The notes: generated by a model from the sequence alone, not told the origin. Shown: positions 9,429 to 18,336, counted from the first letter of the stretch. The stretch is DNA of 64,000 nucleotides from Pseudomonadota bacterium (GCA_021801255.1 JAJYYH010000039.1:2914-66913), one strand, 5' to 3'. Numbers and translations: made by a program.

Positions 9429-11146
9429 ACGCCGAACGTCTGCTCGCCCATTACCACCGCATCGCCGACGCCCCGGACGCCATCGCCCGGCTGCGGCGGT
9501 TCATTCTCAACCTCGCCGTGCGCGGCAAACTGGTGCCGCAGAACCCTAACGACGAGCCGGCGGCGGAGTTGCTGAAGCGGATTGCGAGGGAGATTCCGGC
9601 CTCAAAGGGCGGACGTTCCTGGACAGGCCCGATGGCATACGATGTGCCGAAGGGTTGGGTCTGGATACGCCTCGGCAGACTGGTTGCACACTCGGACGCG
9701 GGATGGAGCCCGAAAACCGAAGATTTTCCGCGAAGTGGCGATGAATGGGGCGTCCTGAAAGTTAGCGCCGTTTCATGGGACAAGTTCCGTCCATGGGAAA
9801 ACAAGCAGGTATTGCCGGGAACTGAACCGAGGACTCAAGCTGAGGTGAAGCAAGGAGATTTCCTGATTTCGAGGGCCAATACGGCTGAATTGATTGCTCG
9901 CGCCGTTCGCGTCGAAGACCATCCATTCAAGCTCATGATGAGCGACAAGATTGTGCGCCTTCATCTGAGCGCGAACTGCGACCACCGCTTCGTGTGGATC
10001 GTCAATAATTATGCGGATTTTGCAAGAGAGCACTACGTACACCACGCATCTGGCGTAAGCCCGTCTATGAAAAATGTTTCACGAGACGTTATCTTGAACC
10101 TCCCCTTTCCCCTCCCACCCCTCGCCGAACAGCACCGCATCGTCGCCAAGGTCGATGAATTGATGGCGCTGTGCGACCGGCTGGAGGCGGCGCGGAAGGC
10201 GCGGGAGGCGACGCGCGACCGGCTGGCGGCGGCCAGCCTCGCCCGCCTCAACGCCCCCGATCCCGACACCTTCCCCGACGATGCCCGCTTCGTCCTCAAC
10301 ACCCTCCCGGCCCTCACCGCCCGCCCCGACCAGATCAAGCAGCTCCGCCAAACCATCCTCAACCTCGCCGTGCGCGGCAAACTGGTGCCGCAGGACCCAA
10401 ACGACGAACCGGCATCGGAATTGTTGAAGCGGATCGCCAAGGAGAAGGCGCGGCTGGTGAAGGCGGGGGAGATAAGACCAGACCGACCATTGTCGATGAT
10501 CGAGCAAGATGATTTTCCGATGAGCGTGCCGATCGGATGGGCCTTGGCTCGGTTGGCAACGATTAGTCTTCGAATACACTACGGATTCACGGCTTCCGCT
10601 GATTTTGCTTTAAAAAATGTTCGTCTGCTGCGCATCACAGACATTCAAGACAACGCTGTTGACTGGCCCTCTGTCCCTGGGTGCGTGATAGACGCTGGTA
10701 ACGTCGATCAGTACAAAATAGAAAAAGGAGACATTTTAATCGCTAGAACAGGAGGGACGATCGGAAAAACCTTCCTCGTGCGGGATGCCCCTGTAACAGC
10801 AGTGTTTGCTTCATATCTGATACGAGTACAGGGCACGCGACACGTCTTCGACGAGTATTTGAAGTTGTTCTTGGAGTCACCACTCTACTGGACTCAGTTG
10901 CGCGACGGCGCAAGGGGAACAGGTCAGCCAAACGTCAATGGGCACACGTTAGGAATGTTGATCGTTTCCCTCCCACCCCTCGCCGAACAGCACCGCATCG
11001 TCGCCAAGGTCGATGAACTGATGGCGCTGTGCGACCGGCTGGAGGCGAGCCTCGCCACCGCCGCCGACACAAGCCGCCGCCTGCTCGACGCCCTTCTCGT
11101 CGAGGCGCTGGCGCCGGCCGAATCCAAACTGGAGGCGGCGCAATGA
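9425..11146 (+). CDS. hsdS: Type I R-M specificity subunit
   Basis: Two variable target-recognition regions of lower GC (about 9650-10080 and 10480-10960) alternate with duplicated conserved regions (LNLAVRGKLVPQ.PNDEPA.ELLKRIA twice; LPPLAEQHRIVAKVDELMALCDRLEA twice). Confidence 0.95.
   Translation: MNAERLLAHYHRIADAPDAIARLRRFILNLAVRGKLVPQNPNDEPAAELLKRIAREIPASKGGRSWTGPMAYDVPKGWVWIRLGRLVAHSDAGWSPKTEDFPRSGDEWGVLKVSAVSWDKFRPWENKQVLPGTEPRTQAEVKQGDFLISRANTAELIARAVRVEDHPFKLMMSDKIVRLHLSANCDHRFVWIVNNYADFAREHYVHHASGVSPSMKNVSRDVILNLPFPLPPLAEQHRIVAKVDELMALCDRLEAARKAREATRDRLAAASLARLNAPDPDTFPDDARFVLNTLPALTARPDQIKQLRQTILNLAVRGKLVPQDPNDEPASELLKRIAKEKARLVKAGEIRPDRPLSMIEQDDFPMSVPIGWALARLATISLRIHYGFTASADFALKNVRLLRITDIQDNAVDWPSVPGCVIDAGNVDQYKIEKGDILIARTGGTIGKTFLVRDAPVTAVFASYLIRVQGTRHVFDEYLKLFLESPLYWTQLRDGARGTGQPNVNGHTLGMLIVSLPPLAEQHRIVAKVDELMALCDRLEASLATAADTSRRLLDALLVEALAPAESKLEAAQ
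9503..9590 (+). repeat. hsdS conserved-region direct repeat, copy 1 (partner 10355-10440)
   Basis: Includes an identical 36-nt run, ctcaacctcgccgtgcgcggcaaactggtgccgcag, present in both copies. Confidence 0.9.
10111..10189 (+). repeat. hsdS distal conserved-region direct repeat, copy 1 (partner 10969-11047)
   Basis: 79 nt, cctcccacccctcgccgaacagcaccgcatcgtcgccaaggtcgatgaa(t/c)tgatggcgctgtgcgaccggctggaggcg, with 1 mismatch between copies. Confidence 0.95.
10355..10440 (+). repeat. hsdS conserved-region direct repeat, copy 2 (partner 9503-9590)
   Basis: See partner; flanking codons are also similar. Confidence 0.9.
10969..11047 (+). repeat. hsdS distal conserved-region direct repeat, copy 2
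   Basis: 78/79 identical to 10111-10189. Confidence 0.95.
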
Positions 11147-12297
11147 CCGGCGCGCCGGTCGATCCCCATCTGCTGCGCTGGGCGCGGGAACGGGCCGGGC
11201 TGGAGCCGGCCGATCTGCTCCACCGCTTCCCCAAGCTGGAGGAATGGGAGACGGGCGCGCGACAGCCCACGCTCCGGCAGTTGGAGAGCTTCGCCCACGC
11301 CGTCCACGTGCCGGTGGGCTACCTGTTCCTGCCCGCGCCGCCCGACGAGAAGCTGCCGATTCCCGATTTCCGCACCATGGCGGGGCGCCCGGTGCGGCGG
11401 GTCAGCCCCAATCTGCTCGATACGCTCTACGCCTGCCAGGAACGGCAGGGCTGGTACCGCGAATTCGCGGTGGTGACCCACGCGGCCAAGGCGCCGTTCG
11501 TCGGCAGCCTGACCACCGAAACGCCGGTCGCCGAGGCGGCGCGGGCCATGGGCGCGGCGCTGGGCTTCGATCTCGACGCGCGCGCGGCCTGCCGCACCTG
11601 GGAAGAGGCGCTGCGGCTATTCATCGGCCAGGCCGACCGCGCCGGAATCCTGGTGATGGTCAGCGGCGTGGTGTTGAGCAACAACCGGCGCAGACTCGAC
11701 CCAGACGAGTTTCGCGGCTTCGCCTTGGCCGACGCCCTGGCGCCACTGGTCTTCATCAACGGCGCCGACACCAAGGCCGGGCAGATGTTCACCCTCGCCC
11801 ACGAGCTTGCCCATCTGTGGCTGGGCGCCTCGGCGTTGTCCGACACCAGTCCGGCGATCATGGGCGGGCACCGGCGGGAAGAGGTGTGGTGCAACGCCGT
11901 GGCGGCGGAACTGCTGGTGCCGCTGGATGCCGTGCGTGCGGCACTTGTCGAAGACGAGGCGCTCGACGCGACGTTGCACCGGCTGGCACGGCGCTTCAAG
12001 GTCAGCACCCTGGTGATTCTGCGCCGCCTGCTCGACGCGGGCGCGCTCGACCGCGCGGGCTTCGATGCGGCATGGGGCGCCGAATTGGATCGGCTGCGCC
12101 GGCTGGCGCGGGATGGCGCCGACGGTGGCGACTTCTACCGCACCACGCTGTCCCGCGTCAGCCGCCGGTTCGCCCGCGCCCTGGTGGAAAGCACGCTGGA
12201 GGGCCAGACGCTTTATCGCGACGCCTTCCGCATGCTGGGGGTGGCGAGGACCGAGACCTTCAATACCATCGGCCGCGAGGTGGGGGTGATGCTTTGA
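11143..12297 (+). CDS. XRE-like HTH + ImmA/IrrE (COG2856/DUF955) zinc metallopeptidase
   Basis: ATG 11143 overlaps the hsdS stop (ATGA). N-terminal HTH-like LLRWARERAGLEPADLL...TLRQLESFAHAVHVPVGYLF. HEXXH motif in TLAHELAHLWLG. Confidence 0.8.
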   Translation: MTGAPVDPHLLRWARERAGLEPADLLHRFPKLEEWETGARQPTLRQLESFAHAVHVPVGYLFLPAPPDEKLPIPDFRTMAGRPVRRVSPNLLDTLYACQERQGWYREFAVVTHAAKAPFVGSLTTETPVAEAARAMGAALGFDLDARAACRTWEEALRLFIGQADRAGILVMVSGVVLSNNRRRLDPDEFRGFALADALAPLVFINGADTKAGQMFTLAHELAHLWLGASALSDTSPAIMGGHRREEVWCNAVAAELLVPLDAVRAALVEDEALDATLHRLARRFKVSTLVILRRLLDAGALDRAGFDAAWGAELDRLRRLARDGADGGDFYRTTLSRVSRRFARALVESTLEGQTLYRDAFRMLGVARTETFNTIGREVGVML

Positions 12298-12809
12298 CCC
12301 GCTACCTGCTCGACGCCAACATCTTCATTCAGGCCAAGAACCTGCATTACGGCTTCGATTTCTGCCCGGCCTTCTGGGATTGGCTGATCGCTCGGAACAA
12401 GGCCGGCATGGTGGCCAGCATCGAGAAGGTGGGGGACGAACTCCAGGCCGGCGGGGATGATCTTTCGACCTGGGCGGACCAGCGCGGGCGCGGGTTCTTC
12501 ATGCCGCCCGATGATGCCGTCCTGCCCGCATTGCGGCAAGTCAGCACCTGGGCGACCGGCCAATCCTATGAACCCGCCGCCATCGCCACCTTCTTGCAGG
12601 TCGCCGATTACTGGCTCCTCGCCCAGGCGCTGGCCCACGGCTTCACCATCGTGACGCATGAGGTGCCGTCCGAATCGACCCGCAAGATCAAGATTCCCAA
12701 TGCCTGCATCGGTCTCGGGATCGCCTGTCTGAGCCCCTACGAGATGCTGCGCCGTGAACGCGCACGCTTCGTGCTGGGCGGTGCATCATCGAGGCCCCAA
12801 AATGGCTGA
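12294..12809 (+). CDS. DUF4411-family PIN-like protein (usual partner of ImmA/IrrE peptidases)
   Basis: TTG 12294 overlaps the upstream stop (TTGA). (M)TRYLLDANIFIQAKNLHYGFDFCPAFWDWL is the characteristic DUF4411 N-terminus. Only the last 171 codons of tracked ORF 11244..12809 are judged real. Confidence 0.7.
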   Translation: MTRYLLDANIFIQAKNLHYGFDFCPAFWDWLIARNKAGMVASIEKVGDELQAGGDDLSTWADQRGRGFFMPPDDAVLPALRQVSTWATGQSYEPAAIATFLQVADYWLLAQALAHGFTIVTHEVPSESTRKIKIPNACIGLGIACLSPYEMLRRERARFVLGGASSRPQNG

Positions 12810-12940
12810 AGCCGCCCAGGCGAACCGGGACGGCCTCGAACGCTCCTCCTACGCATGGCAGGTGAGACCTGCTTCATATGCCGCGCTTGATGCCGAGAAT
12901 CAACGAATTCCGTATGCTGGCCGTGGCGGGACAGACTGAC

Positions 12941-13798
12941 ATGCCCGCCTTCACCCGCTATATCGGCATCGACTATTCGGGCGCGGAAACGCCGTCCGCC
13001 AGCCTGAGGGGCTTGCGCGTCTACCAGACCGAAGGCACCACACGGCCCGTCGAGGTGCCGCCGCCGCCCAGCCGGCGCACCTATTGGACCCGCAAGGGCA
13101 TCGCGGAATGGCTGGTGGAGACGCTGGCCGAGGACGTGCCGACGCTGGTCGGCATCGATCATGGTTTCTCGTTCCCGCTGCGCTATTTCGAGGTTCACCG
13201 CCTGCCGCCCGACTGGCCGGCATTCCTCGACGATTTCCAACGCCATTGGCCGACTGATGAGGACAACAGCTACGTCGATTTCGTGCGCGACGGTTCCGCC
13301 GGCAACGGGGCCGCGCGCATGGGCCATGCACGCTGGCGGCGGCTGACCGAGGAACGGGCCGGCGGCGCCAAATCGGTCTTTCATTTTGACGTGCAGGGGA
13401 CGGTCGCGAAATCCACCCATGCCGGCCTTCCGTGGCTGCGCTTCATGCGCCGGCAATTGGGCGCGCGCGTGCATTTCTGGCCGTTCGACGGCTGGGACAT
13501 TCCGGCCGGCCGCTCCGCCATTGCCGAGGTCTATCCGGCGCTGTGGAGCCGCAGCTTCGCCCGCGAGGAACGCACCGCCGACCAGCACGACGCCTTCAGC
13601 ATCGCCGCCTGGCTGTCGCGCGCTGGCCACGACGGCACCCTGGCCGCGTTCCTGAAGCCAGACCTGACACCGCCCGAGCGCACCGTGGCCCAGGTCGAGG
13701 GCTGGATACTGGGCGTGCCGGGCTTGATCCGGGCCGACGGCGAGCGCAACGATTCAAAAGGCGCCGCTTGCAATCCGCTAGCGTCAAGTTTACACTAA
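12941..13798 (+). CDS. Uncharacterised protein (possible RNase H-like/ASKHA-like fold)
   Basis: Starts MPAFTRYIGIDYSGAETP. There is a second LVGIDHGFSF motif and a conserved-looking C-terminus QVEGWILGV. It sits between the DUF4411 gene and the recombinase. The fold assignment is a guess. Confidence 0.5.
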   Translation: MPAFTRYIGIDYSGAETPSASLRGLRVYQTEGTTRPVEVPPPPSRRTYWTRKGIAEWLVETLAEDVPTLVGIDHGFSFPLRYFEVHRLPPDWPAFLDDFQRHWPTDEDNSYVDFVRDGSAGNGAARMGHARWRRLTEERAGGAKSVFHFDVQGTVAKSTHAGLPWLRFMRRQLGARVHFWPFDGWDIPAGRSAIAEVYPALWSRSFAREERTADQHDAFSIAAWLSRAGHDGTLAAFLKPDLTPPERTVAQVEGWILGVPGLIRADGERNDSKGAACNPLASSLH

Positions 13799-13803
13799 AC
13801 AGT

Positions 13804-15423
13804 ATGGCAAAGACACCGAAGCCCACACCCGCCGATCCCGCCCGCAAACAGGCGGTGATCTATGCTCGCGTCTCCTCGAAGGAGCAGGAGAAAGAGGGCT
13901 TCTCGATCCCCGCGCAATTGAAACTGCTGAAGGACTACGCCTCGGCCAACGGCTTCGCGCTCGCCCAGGAATACGTGGACGTTGAGACCGCCAAGCACAC
14001 GGGGCGCACCGCCTTCGGCGAGATGATCGCCTATCTGAAGGTCCATCCGGCCATCCGCGTGCTGCTGGTCGAGAAAACAGACCGGCTCTACCGCAACCTC
14101 AAGGACTGGGTGACCATCGACGAGTTGGACATCGAAATCCACTTTCCAAAGGAAGGGGTGGTGCTGTCGCGCGACTCGCGATCGTCGGAAAAGTTCATGC
14201 ACGGCATCAAAGTGCTGATGGCGAAGAACTACATCGACAACCTGTCCGAGGAGGCGCGCAAGGGCCAGCAGGAAAAGGCCGAGCAGGGCATCTGGCCGAC
14301 CAAATGCCCGCTGGGCTACCGCAACGCCGTCGGCCCCGACGGCAAGAAGATCATTGTCACCGATCCGGCCGTGGCCCCCGTCATCACCAAGATGTTCCAG
14401 CGCTACGCCACCGGCCAATACTCGTTGCAAGAGGTGGCGCTGATGGCGCACGGCGACGGCCTGGCCTACCGCAAGAGCGGCGCCAAGGTTCCGGTCAGCA
14501 GCATCCACAAAATCCTGCACAACCGGCTCTACACCGGCTGGTTCGAGTGGAAGGGCAAGCTGATCCAGGGACGCCACGAGGCGCTGGTCACGATCGATCT
14601 GTGGGAGCGGGCGCAGGATGTGCTCGCCGGCCGCTTCGCCAAGAAGCATCGGCGCGTCACCCACGATTTCGCCTTCTCCGGCCTGATGACCTGCGCCCAT
14701 TGCGGCTGCTCGATCGTCGGCGAGATCAAGAAGCAGCGCTACGTCTACTATCACTGCACCGGTTATGCCGGAAAAAGCGAGGGCACGCCCGGCACCTGCC
14801 ATCGCAAATATGTCCGCGAGGAAGTGCTGGAGCAGCAGTTCACCGAGATGCTCGGGCGCCTGCGCTTCGATGACGAGGTGCTGGCCTGGGTGCGGGATGC
14901 CCTGCGCGCCAGCCATGCCGACGAACGCCGCGACCACGAGGAAGCCATCGCCCGTCTGCGGGCCGAGCACAAGCGGCTCGGCGACCGGATCAACGCCATG
15001 TATATCGACAAGCTGGATGGCAAGATCGGCGGCGACTTCTACGACCAGTTCGCCGGCCAATGGCGGGAGGAACAGGCCCGCTGCCAACGGGAGATCGACT
15101 GCCACGAATCCGCCGAGCAGTCTTACATGGACGACGGGATCAGGATTCTCGAACTGGCGCAGAACGCCCAGCGCCTGTTCGCACGCCAGGAACCGCGCCA
15201 GAAAAGGCGCCTGCTCAATTTCGTGCTATCGAACTGCATCTGGGACGATGGAAAGATCACCCCGACCTTCCGTCAACCCTTTGATCTGTTGACGGAAACC
15301 ACCGCCATCGCTGCGCGCCAGGAGGCGGCGACAGTAGCCAATTCGGCGAAAAGTGAGATTTGGCTGGGGGACCTGGATTCGAACCAAGGCTGCCCGGGTC
15401 AGAGCCGGGAGTTCTACCGCTAA
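13804..15423 (+). CDS. Large serine recombinase (resolvase/invertase catalytic domain + recombinase domain + zinc ribbon + coiled coil)
   Basis: Catalytic-Ser motif AVIYARVSSKEQEKEGFSIPAQ. Zinc-ribbon Cys cluster CAHCGCSIVG...YVYYHCTGY. Long helical C-terminal region. The last 63 nt are antisense to tRNA-Gln. Confidence 0.9.
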   Translation: MAKTPKPTPADPARKQAVIYARVSSKEQEKEGFSIPAQLKLLKDYASANGFALAQEYVDVETAKHTGRTAFGEMIAYLKVHPAIRVLLVEKTDRLYRNLKDWVTIDELDIEIHFPKEGVVLSRDSRSSEKFMHGIKVLMAKNYIDNLSEEARKGQQEKAEQGIWPTKCPLGYRNAVGPDGKKIIVTDPAVAPVITKMFQRYATGQYSLQEVALMAHGDGLAYRKSGAKVPVSSIHKILHNRLYTGWFEWKGKLIQGRHEALVTIDLWERAQDVLAGRFAKKHRRVTHDFAFSGLMTCAHCGCSIVGEIKKQRYVYYHCTGYAGKSEGTPGTCHRKYVREEVLEQQFTEMLGRLRFDDEVLAWVRDALRASHADERRDHEEAIARLRAEHKRLGDRINAMYIDKLDGKIGGDFYDQFAGQWREEQARCQREIDCHESAEQSYMDDGIRILELAQNAQRLFARQEPRQKRRLLNFVLSNCIWDDGKITPTFRQPFDLLTETTAIAARQEAATVANSAKSEIWLGDLDSNQGCPGQSREFYR

Positions 15424-15434
15424 ACTATCCCCCA
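15361..15434 (-). tRNA. tRNA-Gln (anticodon CUG)
   Basis: Manual cloverleaf of the minus strand: acceptor TGGGGGA/TCCCCCA (U1-A72, typical of bacterial tRNA-Gln), D arm GTT..AAC, anticodon stem CCCGG/CCGGG with loop CT-CTG-AC, T arm CTTGG-TTCGAAT-CCAGG, discriminator G, encoded CCA. Confidence 0.9.
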
Positions 15435-15507
15435 ACGCATCCTCGAGCCTTCTACCGCGCGGTGATGCGAGCGACAAGGGTGGTTGCGACCAGCCGGGTT
15501 CGGCCCG

Positions 15508-16875
15508 CTAGCGGGGCTCGGCGCGCGCCACCGGGGTGAGGCGGGAGAGGCTCGCGAGGGCGGCAAGCCCGGCCGCGAGGGTGGCGAGTGCCAGCGCCAG
15601 TTGCGGCCCGCGCGCCGGCGAGATCGCGAAGGTCAGGGCGACCAACGCCGCACCCACGGTCTGGCCGAGCAGCCTTGCGGTCGCCAGCATCCCGCTCGCC
15701 CCCCCGCTCCGCTCGCGCGGCGCCGCGGTCAGCATGGCGCGGTTGTTTGGCGAGTTGAAAAAGCCGAACCCCGCCCCGCACAGCATCATGCGCCAAACGA
15801 CATCGGCCGGGCTCGGCTCGGGCGGCAGGAAAGTGAGTAGGGCGAGCCCGGCGGCCATCATCGCCAGTCCGATGCCGCCCAGCGTTCCCGCGGCATAGCG
15901 GTCGGCGAGGCGGCCGGCGAAGGGTGCGACGACGGCGACGGCGACCGGCCAGGGGGTCATCAGCAATCCCGTTCGCACCTCGCCCCAGCGCAGTGTGTTC
16001 TCAAACAGAAAAGGCAGCGAGACGAAAGCCAGGCTCTGTCCGGCGAAGGCAGCGATCGAGGTCGCGACCGAGAGCGCGAACAGCGGAATGCGCAGCAGAT
16101 CGACGGGCAGCATCGGCGCGGTCTGGGCCAGTTGCCGGACCACCAGCCAGGCGCCGAAGCCGAGCGCGCCCGCCAGTTCCGCGCCAACCACCAGACCCGC
16201 CGCGCCATGCCCCAGCCCGTCGATGCCGATGATGAGGAGGCCGAAGGTCAGCGCGTTCAGCGTGGCGCTGGAAAAATCAAATTTCTGCTCCGAGTGCGGG
16301 GTTTTTGGCAGTGCCCTGGCGGCAACCGCGAGCGCCACCAGGCCGAGCGGCACATTGATGGCGAACAGCCATTGCCAGGGAGCAATGGAGAGGATGCCGG
16401 CGGCAACCGTCGGGCCGACCGCCGCCGAGGTCGAGGCCACCATGGCATTGAGCCCGAGACCGCGGCCGATCAGCCGGCGCGGATAGATGAAGCGCACCAG
16501 CGCGCCGTTGACGCTCATGATCCCGGCGGCGCCGAAACCCTGCAGCACACGGGCGAGCGTCAGCATCGGCAGGGTGTGCGAGAGCGCGCAGGCGAGCGAG
16601 GCCAGGGTAAAAACCCCGAGCCCGGCCCAATAGACCCGCCGGTAGCCGCGCCGCTCGCCGAGCGCGGCGAGCGGCAGCAGCGAGACGGTGACGGCGAGCT
16701 GATAGGCGTTCACCACCCAGACCGCGCTGGCGGGGTCGGCATTGACGTCGCGGGCGATGGTGGGCAGCGCGACATTGGCGATGGCGCCGTCCATCACCGC
16801 CAGCGTCAGGCCAAGCCAGATGGTGAGGGCGCCCCAGGTGCGTTGCGGCAGCGGCAGCCCGTCGGCACTCTCCAT
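15508..16875 (-). CDS. MFS transporter (drug:H+ antiporter-like)
   Basis: Starts MESADGLPLPQRTWGALTIWLGL...; multi-TM profile; MFS-like LGERRGYRRVY loop. The upstream 500 codons of tracked ORF 15508..18381 are antisense to the amidase gene and were rejected. Confidence 0.85.
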   Translation of the reverse strand: MESADGLPLPQRTWGALTIWLGLTLAVMDGAIANVALPTIARDVNADPASAVWVVNAYQLAVTVSLLPLAALGERRGYRRVYWAGLGVFTLASLACALSHTLPMLTLARVLQGFGAAGIMSVNGALVRFIYPRRLIGRGLGLNAMVASTSAAVGPTVAAGILSIAPWQWLFAINVPLGLVALAVAARALPKTPHSEQKFDFSSATLNALTFGLLIIGIDGLGHGAAGLVVGAELAGALGFGAWLVVRQLAQTAPMLPVDLLRIPLFALSVATSIAAFAGQSLAFVSLPFLFENTLRWGEVRTGLLMTPWPVAVAVVAPFAGRLADRYAAGTLGGIGLAMMAAGLALLTFLPPEPSPADVVWRMMLCGAGFGFFNSPNNRAMLTAAPRERSGGASGMLATARLLGQTVGAALVALTFAISPARGPQLALALATLAAGLAALASLSRLTPVARAEPR

Positions 16876-16992
16876 CGCGGCTCTATTCCCTCCGATCGAA
16901 CTTCGAGCCTTAGCGGCGGGGCGCGGAATTGGCCAGGGGGAGCGACATTTCGGGTCTTTACGGGCCGTGCCGGAGGCGGCAGGCTCGACCCC

Positions 16993-18336
16993 ATGGAAAC
17001 CGTGCTCGATCAGGCGGCGGCGCTCGCCGCCGGCAAGCTCACCGCCCGCGCGCTCGTCGAGCAATCGCTGGCGCGCGTCCAAGACCCCGCCGGGGAGGGC
17101 GCGCGCGCCTTCCTCAAGGTTCATGCCGAAGCGGCACGGGCCAGCGCCGAGGCAGAGGACCAGCTCCGCGCCGCCGGGCGCGCGCCTTCTCCCTATGCCG
17201 GCATTCCGATCAGCCTCAAGGATCTGTTCGATATCGCCGGCGAGCCGACGCCGGCGGGCTCGCTGGCCCTGGCCGACGCGCCGCCCGCGCGTGCCCACGC
17301 GCCGATCGTGGCCCGCCTGATCGCCGCCGGGTTCATCCCCATCGGGCGCACCAACATGACCGAGTTCGCCTATTCCGGGCTCGGCCTCAACCCGCATTTT
17401 GGCACCCCGAAAAGCCCCTTCGAGCGCGCCATCGGCCGGGTGCCGGGGGGAAGTTCCGCGGGCGCCGCGGTCTCGGTCGCCGACGGCATGGTGGCGGGTG
17501 CGATCGGCACTGATACCGGCGGTTCGTGCCGCATTCCAGCGGCGTTCTGCGGCGTCACCGGCTTCAAGCCGACGGCGCGGCGGGTGCCGCGGGAGGGCGT
17601 TCTGCCGCTTTCGGTGACGCTCGATTCGGTCGGCTCGCTCGCCGCGAGCGTTGCCTGCTGCGCCCTTCTCGATGCGGTGATGGCCGGCGAAACGCCACAT
17701 CCGTCCGTGCCCGCCACGCTCACCGGGCTCAGGCTCGCGGTGCCGCTCGGCCATGCGCTGGCGGGGCTCGACGGCCCAATCGCCGAGGCTTTTGGGCGGG
17801 CGTGCCGCCTGCTCTCGGCCGCCGGAGCGCGGATCATTGAGCAGGGTTTCCCTGCGCTTGAGGAAATCCCGGCGGCCAACCGTCAGGGCGGCTTCAGCCC
17901 GCCCGAGGCCTATGCCTGGCATCGTGCGCTGCTCGCCGAAAAAGCCGCGCTTTACGATCCGCGCGTTGCCGCGCGCATCCGCCGTGGCGCCGAGATGAGT
18001 GCCGCCGACTATGTCGATCTTTGCGCCACCCGTGCCCGCCTGATCGCCGCCATGGACGCGGCCACGGCGCCGTTCGATGCGCTTATTCTCCCCACCGTGC
18101 CGATTGTGCCGCCCCCGATCGATGCCTGCGCCGAGGATGCCGACTACTGGCGTCTCAATGCCCAGACGCTGCGCAATACGTCGCTGGTCAATTTTCTCGA
18201 CCGCCCAGCCTTCAGCCTGCCTTGCCATCGCCCCGGCGAGGCGCCGGCCGGGCTCATGGTGGTCGGCGAGACCATGGGTGACGCGCGGCTTTTCGCCATC
18301 GCCGCCGGCGTGGAAGCCGTGCTTGCCGGGCGCTGA
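16993..18336 (+). CDS. Amidase (amidase-signature family, GatA-like)
   Basis: IPISLKDLFD plus the signature GGSSAGAAVSVADGMVAGAIGTDTGGSCRIPAAFCG. ATG 16993 gives 447 aa. Confidence 0.9.
   Translation: METVLDQAAALAAGKLTARALVEQSLARVQDPAGEGARAFLKVHAEAARASAEAEDQLRAAGRAPSPYAGIPISLKDLFDIAGEPTPAGSLALADAPPARAHAPIVARLIAAGFIPIGRTNMTEFAYSGLGLNPHFGTPKSPFERAIGRVPGGSSAGAAVSVADGMVAGAIGTDTGGSCRIPAAFCGVTGFKPTARRVPREGVLPLSVTLDSVGSLAASVACCALLDAVMAGETPHPSVPATLTGLRLAVPLGHALAGLDGPIAEAFGRACRLLSAAGARIIEQGFPALEEIPAANRQGGFSPPEAYAWHRALLAEKAALYDPRVAARIRRGAEMSAADYVDLCATRARLIAAMDAATAPFDALILPTVPIVPPPIDACAEDADYWRLNAQTLRNTSLVNFLDRPAFSLPCHRPGEAPAGLMVVGETMGDARLFAIAAGVEAVLAGR

Larger units (their letters stand above)
1..15434. 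mobile_element. Integrated genomic island / integrative element (left end outside window), bounded on the right by the 3' end of tRNA-Gln
   Basis: Contiguous same-strand block of replication genes (toprim, SF3-like helicase), defence genes (type I R-M, TA remnants, ImmA/DUF4411) and a terminal large serine recombinase. The recombinase ORF runs into the tRNA-Gln gene (15361-15434, minus strand). The tRNA 3' end faces the island, as is typical for tRNA-targeted islands. Confidence 0.65.

Noticed and set aside
11244-12809. 521-aa ORF
   Set aside because: The first 350 codons are an out-of-frame overlap of the ImmA/IrrE gene (Arg/Gly/Pro-rich). Only the part from TTG 12294 matches DUF4411.
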